Assembly (NCBI GenBank): GCA_963700635.1
Contig: CAVOYH010000001.1
Span: 460,681-524,680, forward strand
From: an uncultured Bacteroidota bacterium
Lineage (GTDB): Bacteria > Bacteroidota > Ignavibacteria > UBA10030 > UBA6906
Reading direction: 5' to 3'
DNA: 64,000 nucleotides
The notes beneath the pieces were generated by a model. It did not search any database. It was not told the origin of the DNA and saw only the letters and a list, made by a program, of their open reading frames with translations. This document shows, piece by piece, positions 30,111 to 39,713 of the stretch. Each line of letters begins with the position of its first letter. The stretch's first letter is position 1. Position numbers and translations under genes: made by a program.

Positions 30111-30865
30111 ACGGACCACGCGATCATATGCACATTATCCCCGCGATTGATCTCAAGGGAGGGGCATGTGTCCGGCTGCGCCAGGGAAAAGACGATACGG
30201 CAACGCAGTATTCGGCCGATCCCGTCCGCGTGGCGGGTGAGTGGTTCGAGCAGGGAGCCCATCGTCTGCATGTCGTGAACCTTGACGGGGCATTCGGTCG
30301 CGACTCCGGCCATCTGGACCTCCTCCGCGCAATGACCGCGCTGCATCCTGCACCGGTGCAGTATGGGGGAGGGTTACGCTCGGTCGCCTCTGTCGAAGAG
30401 GCGTTTCAGGCGGGCGCCGCAAAGGTGGTTCTGGGTACCGTCGCGGTGGAAAACCCCGCCTTGCTCAAGGAAATGATGCAGGTACGCGGACCCGCGCAGT
30501 GTGTCATTGCCGTGGATGCGGTGCAGGGGTACGTGGCCACCAGGGGCTGGACCAGCATCTCTCCCATTGCTGTTGTCGATCTGGTCCGCCGTCTGCTGGA
30601 TGACGGAATTCGCGAAGTACTGTATACCGACGTAGAGCGGGATGGAATGATGACGGGACCGGATGTTACAACCCTCGTTCAGCTTGCCTCAACGGGGATG
30701 AAGGTGATCGCATCGGGGGGAGTGTCATCAGTGGACGATGTGAAGTCTCTGGTTACGCTGAACAACCCCAACATCTCCGGCGTTATTATCGGCAAGGCAC
30801 TCTACGAGAACCGCGTATCTCTTCCCGAGCTGGTTACCCTCGTAACCCGATCGGTTGAATCATGA
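30107..30865 (+). CDS. hisA: ProFAR isomerase
   Basis: IIPAIDL.GG..VRL.QG, GGGLR, DGMMTGP and IASGGV. Confidence 0.95.
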   Translation: MNGPRDHMHIIPAIDLKGGACVRLRQGKDDTATQYSADPVRVAGEWFEQGAHRLHVVNLDGAFGRDSGHLDLLRAMTALHPAPVQYGGGLRSVASVEEAFQAGAAKVVLGTVAVENPALLKEMMQVRGPAQCVIAVDAVQGYVATRGWTSISPIAVVDLVRRLLDDGIREVLYTDVERDGMMTGPDVTTLVQLASTGMKVIASGGVSSVDDVKSLVTLNNPNISGVIIGKALYENRVSLPELVTLVTRSVES

Positions 30866-30958
30866 ACACCCAATCCCGATCTCCGAACCCACTCCGGAAC
30901 CGGATGTCCGACCCGGCCATCCGGGAAAATCTCACACACAACCGGTCACAGAAATCCG

Positions 30959-31717
30959 ATGCTCCGTAAACGTATTATTCCCTGCCTCGATGTTCGTAAC
31001 GGCATCGTCGTCAAGGGTGTGAATTTTGTCGGACTCCGCGAAATGGGAGATCCGGCTGTTCATGCCCGCTTTTACAACGACGAAGGGGCAGATGAGCTGG
31101 TCATACTGGATATCACCGCATCGCGGGAAGCACGGGGAAGTTTGCTGCACGTTGTGGAAGCCGTTGCAGACACATTGTTCATACCTCTTACGGTCGGGGG
31201 GGGTATACGGACTGCTGATGATGTGCGGGATATGCTGAATGCCGGGGCGGATCGTGTGAGTCTTAATACGGCCATGGTGCAACGCCCGGAACTCATCCAG
31301 GAATCCGCGGACCGGTTTGGTTCACAGTGTATCGTAGCGGCTATCGATGCGCGGAAGCGCCCCGACGCGCCGGGTTGGGAGGTATTCATCTACGGCGGCC
31401 AAGAAGCAACAGGCCGTGATGTACTGGAGTGGGCGTGTGAGGTAGAAGAACGGGGAGCGGGGGAGATCCTGCTGACCAGCATGGACCGGGATGGGACCCA
31501 GATCGGGTATGATATCACACTGCTGCGCACGCTCACGGCGGCGGTGCACATTCCTGTCATCGCCTCCGGCGGCGCGGGTACCCCCGAACACTTCGCCGAA
31601 GGCCTCCGGGCGGGCGGCGCCAGCGCGGTACTCGCCGCCTCGTTATTCCATACGCGCGCTCTGACCATCCCCCATCTTAAATCATATCTGCATAGCCTGG
31701 GAGTACCCATTCGATGA
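30959..31717 (+). CDS. hisF: Imidazole glycerol phosphate synthase, cyclase subunit
   Basis: [35 protein letters not shown] and IASGGAG. Confidence 0.97.
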   Translation: MLRKRIIPCLDVRNGIVVKGVNFVGLREMGDPAVHARFYNDEGADELVILDITASREARGSLLHVVEAVADTLFIPLTVGGGIRTADDVRDMLNAGADRVSLNTAMVQRPELIQESADRFGSQCIVAAIDARKRPDAPGWEVFIYGGQEATGRDVLEWACEVEERGAGEILLTSMDRDGTQIGYDITLLRTLTAAVHIPVIASGGAGTPEHFAEGLRAGGASAVLAASLFHTRALTIPHLKSYLHSLGVPIR

Positions 31718-32376
31718 AATCTGCTGGATTTCGCTTCGATGACGCCGGACTCATTCCGGCTGTCGTGCAGGACGTACAAAGCGGCGCCGTGCTGACGGTC
31801 GCCTACATGAACAGGGAGAGCCTGCAGCAGACGCTGGATACCGGCCAGACAGTGTTCTGGAGCCGGAGCAGGCGTGAACTCTGGCAGAAAGGTGCGACAT
31901 CGGGGAACACGCAGCGTGTGGTGTCCATCAGTCAGGACTGTGATGCCGACGCCCTGCTCGTAAGGGTGGAGCAAACCGGTGTTGCGTGCCATACCGGAGA
32001 ATATTCATGCTTCCACACGCCGGTGTTTACCGACAAGGACCAGCCCGGCACTCTGCCGTTGGGAGAAGTTCTTGGCGCTGTTGCGCGGGTGATCCGTACG
32101 CGTAATCGCGAGCGGCCGGAGGGATCCTATACGACAAAGTTGCTTTCGGCCGGACTGGACAAGGTGTTGAAGAAGATTGGTGAGGAGGCCGGGGAGGTGA
32201 TTATCGCCGCAAAGAACCACGCTCCGGCGGAGATTACCTGGGAGGTGGCAGATCTGCTCTATCATACGCTCGTGATGATGGAACTGGAAGGGATCGGCCT
32301 TGAGGATGTCGCGGCAGTGCTCGACCGGAGGCGTGGCGAAACTCCGGAGAAATCCCGGCCCACTACTTCCGGGTGA
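31714..32376 (+). CDS. hisIE: Bifunctional PR-AMP cyclohydrolase / PR-ATP pyrophosphatase
   Basis: WSRSR..LW.KG.TSG, DCD.D and ACHTG...CF; then GSYT..L, KIGEEA.E and EVADL.YH. Confidence 0.96.
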   Translation: MKSAGFRFDDAGLIPAVVQDVQSGAVLTVAYMNRESLQQTLDTGQTVFWSRSRRELWQKGATSGNTQRVVSISQDCDADALLVRVEQTGVACHTGEYSCFHTPVFTDKDQPGTLPLGEVLGAVARVIRTRNRERPEGSYTTKLLSAGLDKVLKKIGEEAGEVIIAAKNHAPAEITWEVADLLYHTLVMMELEGIGLEDVAAVLDRRRGETPEKSRPTTSG

Positions 32377-33463
32377 TCGGACCGGTCACGACAAACCGGG
32401 CCAGCGCGGCCCGGTTGCCGTTTATGATAATCTCGACCGTGTGCCTGCCCGGATGGTGCTTCCGGGTTGACAGGTCGGCGAACGCATGACGTTTGGTGAT
32501 CGTATGGGACCCGGGCGTAAAACGTTTTTCAGAGAGTTGAAAAACCTTCCGGGATTCCCGCCCTCCGGGTCGTGCAAACGTGATGCCGTATTCCAGCCGG
32601 ACTGTCTGCGTGCTCTTTCCTCCTATCTGCAGAACAAAACTCATTACCAGTGCTCCTCCGATGCGTATGCTGGCAGGTGAGAGTCGCAGGTTTTTGATTG
32701 CCGCTTTCGCCGCCGGAAAAAATCCGAACAGTCGCATGGCCTGACTGTTTCCGGACCGGAGCAGTCCGCGGCATGCATGTTTGAGAAGTTTGTCGGTGTT
32801 CGGAGAGACTCCGATCCAGCGTTTGCACAGGGCGATCACGGTCTGTGGATGGTCCTTTGCTATGTCGTTCAGATTGTTTGCGACGCTCCGGCGAACGGTT
32901 TCGGACTCATCATTTTTTAATTTTTCCAGAAGCGGAAGAATTGGCGACGGATCCCTTTTGAATGCCGGCAGGCCCATAGCCCATGGTAACCGGGGCCGGC
33001 TCCCTTCACTGGCAAGACGGCGGACCCGGGGATCGGGGTCGTCAGCCCACCGCAGCAAATAAGGAATTGTCCGCTCAGGGTCACGATCCAGAAATGGGCG
33101 GATTGCAAATTCCGAACTGCCAAATTGCGTAAAATAGCCGAGCGCGGGAAGCGATCGATCCGGGTCTTCCTGACCGTAAAGCTCTACAAAGTCCGGACAG
33201 ACCATCACCTCAAAGCCGTGCACGGAAGGGATAGACCGCTTAAGTATCTCCAGCGCGTCGCCATAATGCTGTGGCAACGTAGCACCGAGCGACCGTGTGA
33301 TGTGGTGCATGCGATTTTTGAGTTCAAGTCCGCTCCAGGTTTGATCAAAGACGAGTGCGACGAACCGATCCGCATCGAATGCCGGGTAGACGTCCTTGAT
33401 CGCCGAGGCAAATCGCAGGATGGAATCGCGTGTGAGAAACTGGTCTTTTAACCGGTCGGCCAT
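32363..33463 (-). CDS. DNA alkylation repair enzyme (AlkD/YhaZ-like HEAT-repeat)
   Basis: [25 protein letters not shown] and [16 protein letters not shown]; probable start ATG 33463. Confidence 0.88.
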   Translation of the reverse strand: MADRLKDQFLTRDSILRFASAIKDVYPAFDADRFVALVFDQTWSGLELKNRMHHITRSLGATLPQHYGDALEILKRSIPSVHGFEVMVCPDFVELYGQEDPDRSLPALGYFTQFGSSEFAIRPFLDRDPERTIPYLLRWADDPDPRVRRLASEGSRPRLPWAMGLPAFKRDPSPILPLLEKLKNDESETVRRSVANNLNDIAKDHPQTVIALCKRWIGVSPNTDKLLKHACRGLLRSGNSQAMRLFGFFPAAKAAIKNLRLSPASIRIGGALVMSFVLQIGGKSTQTVRLEYGITFARPGGRESRKVFQLSEKRFTPGSHTITKRHAFADLSTRKHHPGRHTVEIIINGNRAALARFVVTGPITRK

Positions 33464-33473
33464 GATGCGGGCT

Positions 33474-34337
33474 TCAGTGTGATTGAGAGAGGGATCCGTC
33501 CAGATGGCGCAGGAAGGAGATCCCGTCACGGATGAAGGCGGGGCCGTCCGGGCACACATTGTGGAACATCCCGCGCTCCATGGCAAAATCTCCGATGCCG
33601 GAATTGTATCCTTCAAGACCTACATACCCCGTAAACCCGATTGAATGGAGCGTGCGAAAGATATCCTCCCACGGGATGAGCCCACCCCCCGGTTTTCCCC
33701 TGTCGTTCTCGCATGCGTGGAGGGCAAAAAGGCGGGGTGCGACACGCCGGAGCGCTGCAGGGTAGTCGCGCACTTCGGTGACCAGATGGTATGTGTCAAA
33801 GAGTACACGCAGAGCCGGGTGATCGGCGAGCTGGATGAGATGCATGATCTGGTCGGGAGTGTTCACCATGTGTGACCGGAAATGACTCATGGGCTCGAGG
33901 GCGAGCAGCACGTTCCGCTCGGCTGCGTATTCGGCGAGCGCGTGCAGCCCTTCGGCAGTCCGGGGGTACTCGTCGGCTGGCGGCCGGCGCCGCTTGACCA
34001 CACCGGGATGACCGTATGTCGCGCCTGCATACGCCACGGCTCCCAATTCGGCGGTCAGGTCGACAATGCGCTTATGCCATTCCAGGCCGCGCGCGCGATC
34101 GGCTGCCGAATCAGCGGAGAGATCACACTGGACGGGCCACTCTCCTCCCGGTCCCACGAGGAGATCCAGGCCGAGTTCCCGGGCATGCCGGCCGGTTGCC
34201 CGGGCATCAAAGAAGACATCGTCTCCCACGGAAAGTTCAAACATGTCCAGCCCGAGTGCACGCGCCGTATCAAGATGGTGGAGCTGGTCGTCGGCCCAGC
34301 GGGGAGTGAGGAGGTAACAGTGTGCGCCGTAGAGCAT
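33474..34337 (-). CDS. Sugar phosphate isomerase/epimerase (D-tagatose/psicose 3-epimerase-like TIM barrel)
   Basis: LEPMSHF, FDTYH, HACENDRG.PG.G and GLE metal-binding pattern. Confidence 0.85.
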   Translation of the reverse strand: MLYGAHCYLLTPRWADDQLHHLDTARALGLDMFELSVGDDVFFDARATGRHARELGLDLLVGPGGEWPVQCDLSADSAADRARGLEWHKRIVDLTAELGAVAYAGATYGHPGVVKRRRPPADEYPRTAEGLHALAEYAAERNVLLALEPMSHFRSHMVNTPDQIMHLIQLADHPALRVLFDTYHLVTEVRDYPAALRRVAPRLFALHACENDRGKPGGGLIPWEDIFRTLHSIGFTGYVGLEGYNSGIGDFAMERGMFHNVCPDGPAFIRDGISFLRHLDGSLSQSH

Positions 34338-34347
34338 GATTCCTGCG

Positions 34348-37300
34348 TCAGTAAGTGATAAGAAGAGTTACAATACTGTTCCGTTGTACGTCGAGGATGA
34401 TGCGGTTTCCCTTAAAGGGGACCGCCTCGCCCTCTTCCTCCAGAAAGTTCGAGCGTCGCACAAGCCGGGGAGTGGCCGGCAGCAGAAGCTCGGCCTGCGC
34501 GTCAATACCCTCGGCTTCATACAACTGATACGTCCAGGTGCCACCCGACTCCGATTGTTTGATGGTCGTGAGAATAAGATTGGAAGGCAGGAGAGTCCCG
34601 AAGGATGACGATAACGGGAGTACGCCGGTGTGACGGGAGGTCAGGGTGGTGATCAGGGGAGTGTTGTACTCATACCCCTTCTGCACGGTATTGGCATCCT
34701 GCCATGATCCACGATGCGGGTAGAGCGCGTAGTGGATCACATGTTTTCCCCGGTCCGCCGTCGGGTCGGGCCATTTCGGCGATCGCAACAGCGAAAGCCG
34801 CATAACGTTTCCTTTTATGTCGTATCCGTACTTGGACGTATTAAGCAGGCTGATTCCATAGTCGGGTGAAGACAGATCCGCCCACCGGAGGGCAGGGACT
34901 TCTTTTTTGGCGCGGTCAAAACTTGTCACCGATTGCGTAGAGCGCCGGATCGAGCCGTACGGGATCTCGTACGTAGCCGCGGTGTCGGAGGTTGTAACGG
35001 GGAAGGCGACTTTGAGCATGGTGCGTTCCTCCCACCAGTCCACATCCGTCCGGAATTCCACAATGTCTTTTCCTGCAGTCAGAAAAACTTCCTGCGTGAA
35101 AAACGAACTCGGAAATCCCTCAGCCGGATAGTCGCGTTTGAACGACGGCCCCAGCATATCACGCCTGACCCGCAGAGAAATGCGGAGAGGGCCCCGCTCG
35201 CCGATCTCCACCGAGCGTAGTGTGGTCGGATAGACTGTTCCGGTCCATCCGATATTCCATGCGTCCCACGCCTTGGGTTTGTCTTCCAGAAGCTGGAGCT
35301 GATTGCCGTATCCGGCGAGCACCTCTTTTCCCAGACGCTTATCCACGATGCTCTTAATCCAGCCGGAATCAGGATCGAGAGTGACTCTGAAAAATTCATT
35401 TTCCAGAGCTGACGGTGTCTGGGTCAGCCGGGTGGAAACGGATGCGCCCGGGGACGTCCTGAGTGTAAATGTACGGTACCCGAGGGGTGGTATACGTTTT
35501 GCCTCAAAGAGGAGCTTCCGGTTGTATGGTCCGGCTGTAACAATTTGAGAGGTCACCTCCACAGGTCCATCCATGACCGAGTATTCCTGCGTATCTCCTT
35601 CGGGCAGATCGACGACGGCGATCTCTGACCGCTCCCAGGAAAGCGGATTATACACGATAAGCGGAGTTCCGCGGGTGATGGCTGTTGTTGTGATTTTATT
35701 GCTCAACGCAGAAAGTGCGTGGTGCAGGGCGACCCGGCTGGCCTGTTCCGTCTCAGCGTACCGCTCTGCTGCATCGACAAAGACTTCGCGGATGCTGGAA
35801 CCGGGGAGGATGTCGTGAAACTGATTAAACAGGAGATTTTCCCAGGCTTTGCGGAGGTCAGGATAGGGTGCGCCATAGCGTGCGGCAAACGAAGCAAACT
35901 TCTCCGCCGTGGTAAGCTGTATTTCGCTCCGGCGGTTGGATTCTTTGGTTTTTGCCTGAGTCGTGAATGTCCCGCGGTGATACTCCAGATACAACTCATC
36001 GCGCCATACGGGGAAGAGCTCGGGGTTCTGCTCGCGGAGAAACGTAATATAGGACTCCGCCGTGGCAAAACGGACCTGCGGGTAGATATCAAGACCCTGC
36101 AGATAGTCCACGCGCGCGAGCATATCAGGCGTAGGTCCACCACCGTGGTCACCGACGCCGAAAAGGACCATCATGTGGGTAAGGCCGGTGTTGGCCTCAA
36201 ACTGCCGAAGCCAGTCAACAAGCTGGAACGAGTCCGAAAGATCGTTGACATAGCTGAAGGGGAAATAGACAAGCACACGGGACCCGTCCGGGCCTTCCCA
36301 CCAGAACACTCTGTGCGGAAAGACGTTCGTGTCATTCCAGCTGATTTTTTGGGTGATAAACGCATCGATCCCGGCATGCTGAAAAAACTGCGGCATATTC
36401 CAGGTATAGCCGAATGAATCGGGATTCCAGCCAAGGCGCGGCATAAAGCCGAATGTCTTTTTGAAATACGTCTGGGCATACAGGAAATGCCGCATCCAGG
36501 CTTCCCCTGCGGGGAGGTTACAATCGGGTTCGACCCACATCCCTCCGGTGATCTCCCACCGTTTGTCCTTTACACGCTCGCGGATACGTTTGAACACATC
36601 AGGGTGATCCTTCTCCATCCATTCGTAGTACTGGGCAGCACTCTGTGAGTATGTAAAATCCGGCCGCGCGTCCATCATGTTGAGAACAGACGTAAAGGTA
36701 TTTTTGGCGACGAGTTTTGTTTCCCCCTCACGCCATAACCAGGCCGCGTCAATATGGGCGTTTGAGGTGAATGTGAGCGTGAACCGTTTGGCGAACGCCG
36801 CAATGGGTGCCAGCCGGAGACGCATCGATTCGAGAGACGCCAGCAGCGGTTCTATCTCGCCCCGTTGTACCGACTGGTAATCGACGGCTGAGGTAATCTC
36901 TTGTAGGAGTGTATTCAACTCCAGCCGCTCGGAACGCGGGACAAACGTCTTGTCAATGCCAGGATCTTCCTTCTGACCGGAGTAGGCATTCTCCTGGTAG
37001 GTATCGAGACTGAGCAACCGCTGTCCGACGGTAATGCTGAGGGCAAAATCTTTCATGGTCTTCCGTATTTCCCGGGTGGACTCCATGTCCAGTTCTGCCC
37101 GGACCAGGCGGAGGGGTCCTCCGGTATTGACCGCACGGATTGCAACAAGAAAACGGTCACCCGGTCTGGCATTTTCCGTCAACACAAAGGCGCCGTCCCA
37201 CAGGAACTTCCCCCGGGACTCACCGTTCACCCACAGGGAACCGTAGTCATCCACGGTCAATAGGAGGCGCACCGGCCCGCGCACGGGGGTACCCAGAATC

Positions 37301-37575
37301 CGGTCCGGAAGAATAATCTCCCTGCGAAGCCAGCACGAGTCAGGATACACGGATTTCCCGAGTGTAAGCATTTCCCATGTCCCGTCGTTGAAATCAGAAG
37401 CCGCAGGCGCAAGACCATCAATCCGGGCATTCTTGAGATCCGGGCTCATCCGCCATTGATCAAAGGACACGGTGGAGAGTGAATCAAGCGTGTGGACCAG
37501 TCTCTCGACAGGGGACAGTGCCAGTGATTGTGAAATCAAGAGCAGTGTCGGGACAAGGAGCAGCACCGGTTTCAT
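34348..37575 (-). CDS. Secreted GH38 alpha-mannosidase
   Basis: Signal peptide, NAHIDAAWLW, WNPDSFGY, GDHGGGP, ELYLEYHRGTFTTQ and NQFHDILPGS. Confidence 0.92.
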   Translation of the reverse strand: MKPVLLLVPTLLLISQSLALSPVERLVHTLDSLSTVSFDQWRMSPDLKNARIDGLAPAASDFNDGTWEMLTLGKSVYPDSCWLRREIILPDRILGTPVRGPVRLLLTVDDYGSLWVNGESRGKFLWDGAFVLTENARPGDRFLVAIRAVNTGGPLRLVRAELDMESTREIRKTMKDFALSITVGQRLLSLDTYQENAYSGQKEDPGIDKTFVPRSERLELNTLLQEITSAVDYQSVQRGEIEPLLASLESMRLRLAPIAAFAKRFTLTFTSNAHIDAAWLWREGETKLVAKNTFTSVLNMMDARPDFTYSQSAAQYYEWMEKDHPDVFKRIRERVKDKRWEITGGMWVEPDCNLPAGEAWMRHFLYAQTYFKKTFGFMPRLGWNPDSFGYTWNMPQFFQHAGIDAFITQKISWNDTNVFPHRVFWWEGPDGSRVLVYFPFSYVNDLSDSFQLVDWLRQFEANTGLTHMMVLFGVGDHGGGPTPDMLARVDYLQGLDIYPQVRFATAESYITFLREQNPELFPVWRDELYLEYHRGTFTTQAKTKESNRRSEIQLTTAEKFASFAARYGAPYPDLRKAWENLLFNQFHDILPGSSIREVFVDAAERYAETEQASRVALHHALSALSNKITTTAITRGTPLIVYNPLSWERSEIAVVDLPEGDTQEYSVMDGPVEVTSQIVTAGPYNRKLLFEAKRIPPLGYRTFTLRTSPGASVSTRLTQTPSALENEFFRVTLDPDSGWIKSIVDKRLGKEVLAGYGNQLQLLEDKPKAWDAWNIGWTGTVYPTTLRSVEIGERGPLRISLRVRRDMLGPSFKRDYPAEGFPSSFFTQEVFLTAGKDIVEFRTDVDWWEERTMLKVAFPVTTSDTAATYEIPYGSIRRSTQSVTSFDRAKKEVPALRWADLSSPDYGISLLNTSKYGYDIKGNVMRLSLLRSPKWPDPTADRGKHVIHYALYPHRGSWQDANTVQKGYEYNTPLITTLTSRHTGVLPLSSSFGTLLPSNLILTTIKQSESGGTWTYQLYEAEGIDAQAELLLPATPRLVRRSNFLEEEGEAVPFKGNRIILDVQRNSIVTLLITY

Positions 37576-37677
37576 GGAATCCTCGCGTGCAGGTGGGGAG
37601 CATAAATCATGTTGAAGATAGGGAAGCAGGACCCCAAATGCCACCCGGGAGGATCAAAGGCTCTCGCGGCGTATTTC

Positions 37678-37716
37678 TGTGGGATTTGCCTACAGGGGGT
37701 GTTGGGATTCCCCCCA
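37678..37716 (+). promoter_or_regulatory. Tandem imperfect palindromes; candidate enhancer (UAS) for a sigma54 activator
   Basis: TGTGGGATTTGCCTACA (37678-37694) and TGTTGGGATTCCCCCCA (37700-37716), 22 bp apart and about 85-125 bp upstream of the -24/-12 element. Confidence 0.5.
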
Positions 37717-37801
37717 CCTTTCGAGTGCTGGGAACTGGTCAGCACAATGAGATTCACCGTAACTCGTTATGGAATAACGTTTATCAATATACCCTGTGTC
37801 C

Positions 37802-37817
37802 GGGCACGGAGCTTGCA
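37802..37817 (+). promoter_or_regulatory. Sigma54 (-24/-12) promoter of the qrc-like operon
   Basis: GGGCACG-GAGC-TTGCA, i.e. GG-N10-GC closely matching TGGCACG-N4-TTGCW; a GAFTGA activator is encoded at 44731-46095. Confidence 0.75.
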
Positions 37818-37871
37818 GTGTTGAGCCAGGAAGGGTCGAAATCTTTTTCACATTTCTGGAAAGGAACTCCA

Positions 37872-38105
37872 ATGTTCGAATTGTCGGATCCCCGCACATG
37901 GCAGATCATCACCAACCTGCTGCTCGTAACTGTCGCCCTTGTGGCTGCGACGTACATCGGCATCGGTGTGTACAAACAATCCCGTGCGAAGTCACGACGG
38001 GTATTTCACGCCCATCCGGACCATGACACGCACACGCTGATCCTCCCCGACCTCGGCATTACCATGGCCGATGGTGGTGAAAAGCTTGACGATAAAAAAT
38101 CATGA
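37872..38105 (+). CDS. Small single-TM protein with a His-rich linker and C-terminal LGITMADGGE motif
   Basis: AAGGA ribosome-binding site, ATG 37872, 77 aa, TM IITNLLLVTVALVAATYIGIGVY, then HAHPDHDTH. Confidence 0.75.
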   Translation: MFELSDPRTWQIITNLLLVTVALVAATYIGIGVYKQSRAKSRRVFHAHPDHDTHTLILPDLGITMADGGEKLDDKKS

Positions 38106-38139
38106 ACTCCTATACCGGCGTCCAGTAGAGGCGATCACC

Positions 38140-39114
38140 ATGCGATGTCCATTTCTGCGGGAAGTACGAGTCAAATCCTGCCGCGCCTCGAGCTGCCGAA
38201 AGATGATAGCTCAGGTGTCGGGTCAGCCTGCAATGGAACGATGTGTCACTCCGGCGTATCTGGAATGTCCGGAGGCGAAGCCCCTTCTCGAAAAGAACGT
38301 CACGCTCGACCGGTGTCCGTACCTTCATGAGTCCCTCATGCAGTATTGTAGCGCGGCGTCCCAGACAAAATATATTCCGTACAGCGAAGCAATCCTGTCC
38401 CAGTGTGGTACGGATAGCCACCGTTACTGTTATCTCTTCCTGGCATTCGCACAACCCGACCGCCATAAGGAAATCTCAGCTGTGGACACCGTTCACCCGG
38501 AATTGTCCACACCCGGAAGGGAAGTTGATGTGGATGGGATTGGTGTGCGAACGGATCTTCTGTACACTCCGAACCATATGTGGGCGGATATAGGCGAGGA
38601 CAATACGGTGCATGTCGGCATAGATGCGCTGCTGGCGGGACTGCTCGGAGACGCGGACCAAATTACGTTTGTTACGGTGCGGGGAAAACAACGGCCGACC
38701 GTGGTGTTCAGCGTGAATGGAACCGACCTGCCGGTGATGTTTCCCTACAAAATGTCCATCACTGCAGTGAACACATCCCTGCGCGCACATCCCTCAGACC
38801 TGTTCGCGGATCCATATACCCATGGCTGGCTGTTCGAGGGGACCGAGCTGGAAGTGCCGGCGTCTTCGGAAGAGACGCCAGGACACCCCCTCTTGCTTCC
38901 CGGATCCAGGGCGCCGGTGTGGATGCGCAATGAACTCCGGCACGTTGCGAAAGTGGTTCATGAACTGTCCCATGCGTCTGACAGTTCAGGCGTGGTTCTT
39001 ATGGCTGATGGTGGCAATCCGCAACCCGGCGTCGCACAACACCTGAAACGGAACGAACTGTTGCATCTGTTCAACGATATGTTCTCGCCTCTGGCGGGAT
39101 GGAGGAATGTGTAG
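38140..39114 (+). CDS. Cys-rich tandem-repeat + GcvH-fold protein lacking the lipoylation motif
   Basis: Two CP(F/Y)L...C...C...C repeats, then LLYTPNHMW, VHVGID, AVN..L...P...DPY..GWLF (H-protein hallmarks) with no ExxK hairpin. Confidence 0.8.
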   Translation: MRCPFLREVRVKSCRASSCRKMIAQVSGQPAMERCVTPAYLECPEAKPLLEKNVTLDRCPYLHESLMQYCSAASQTKYIPYSEAILSQCGTDSHRYCYLFLAFAQPDRHKEISAVDTVHPELSTPGREVDVDGIGVRTDLLYTPNHMWADIGEDNTVHVGIDALLAGLLGDADQITFVTVRGKQRPTVVFSVNGTDLPVMFPYKMSITAVNTSLRAHPSDLFADPYTHGWLFEGTELEVPASSEETPGHPLLLPGSRAPVWMRNELRHVAKVVHELSHASDSSGVVLMADGGNPQPGVAQHLKRNELLHLFNDMFSPLAGWRNV

Positions 39115-39701
39115 TGAAACAGCGAGGTGTTATAGTATTTCTCGCAGGAGTGGTCGCGTCGCTTGCGCTGGGCTGGTTCGTTTTTCCGATGGCCCTGTAC
39201 CGTACCGAACTCCAGCCTATCGGGTTCAACCACGTGGTCCATACGGGGGAACAGAACGGGATGACGTGTGACATGTGCCATGAGTTCACCGAAGAAGGTA
39301 GATTCACGGGCATTCCCCGCACGGCAAAATGCGCGGAGTGTCACAGCACAGCGCTCGGAACGACGGAGATCGAGAAGCAACTTATCGAAGAATTTATCAC
39401 CCCGGAGAAGGAGATTCCCTGGAAAGTATATTCCCGGCAGCCGGACAATGCCCATTTTTCGCATGCAAGCCATGTGACCCGGGCAGAGGTGCCGTGCGAG
39501 GAATGCCACGGCCCGCACGGCGCCAGTGCCGAATTGCCTCCCTACCAGCGTAACCGAATCACCGGGTACAGCAGGGATATCTGGGGGAGGAATATCTCCG
39601 GCATTCCGTCAGAACCATGGCAGGGAATGAAAATGGATCGTTGCGTGCGGTGCCATGCCGATCGTAACAGAGTGGATGGTTGTGTTGCCTGTCACAAGTA
39701 A
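39114..39701 (+). CDS. qrcA: Membrane-anchored pentaheme cytochrome c (QrcA-like)
   Basis: N-terminal TM, QPIGFNH..H and five CxxCH motifs (CDMCH, CAECH, CEECH, CVRCH, CVACH); W.VYSRQPD...FSH. GTG start after GGAGG. Confidence 0.8.
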   Translation: MKQRGVIVFLAGVVASLALGWFVFPMALYRTELQPIGFNHVVHTGEQNGMTCDMCHEFTEEGRFTGIPRTAKCAECHSTALGTTEIEKQLIEEFITPEKEIPWKVYSRQPDNAHFSHASHVTRAEVPCEECHGPHGASAELPPYQRNRITGYSRDIWGRNISGIPSEPWQGMKMDRCVRCHADRNRVDGCVACHK

Positions 39702-39713
39702 TCGAAAGACACA

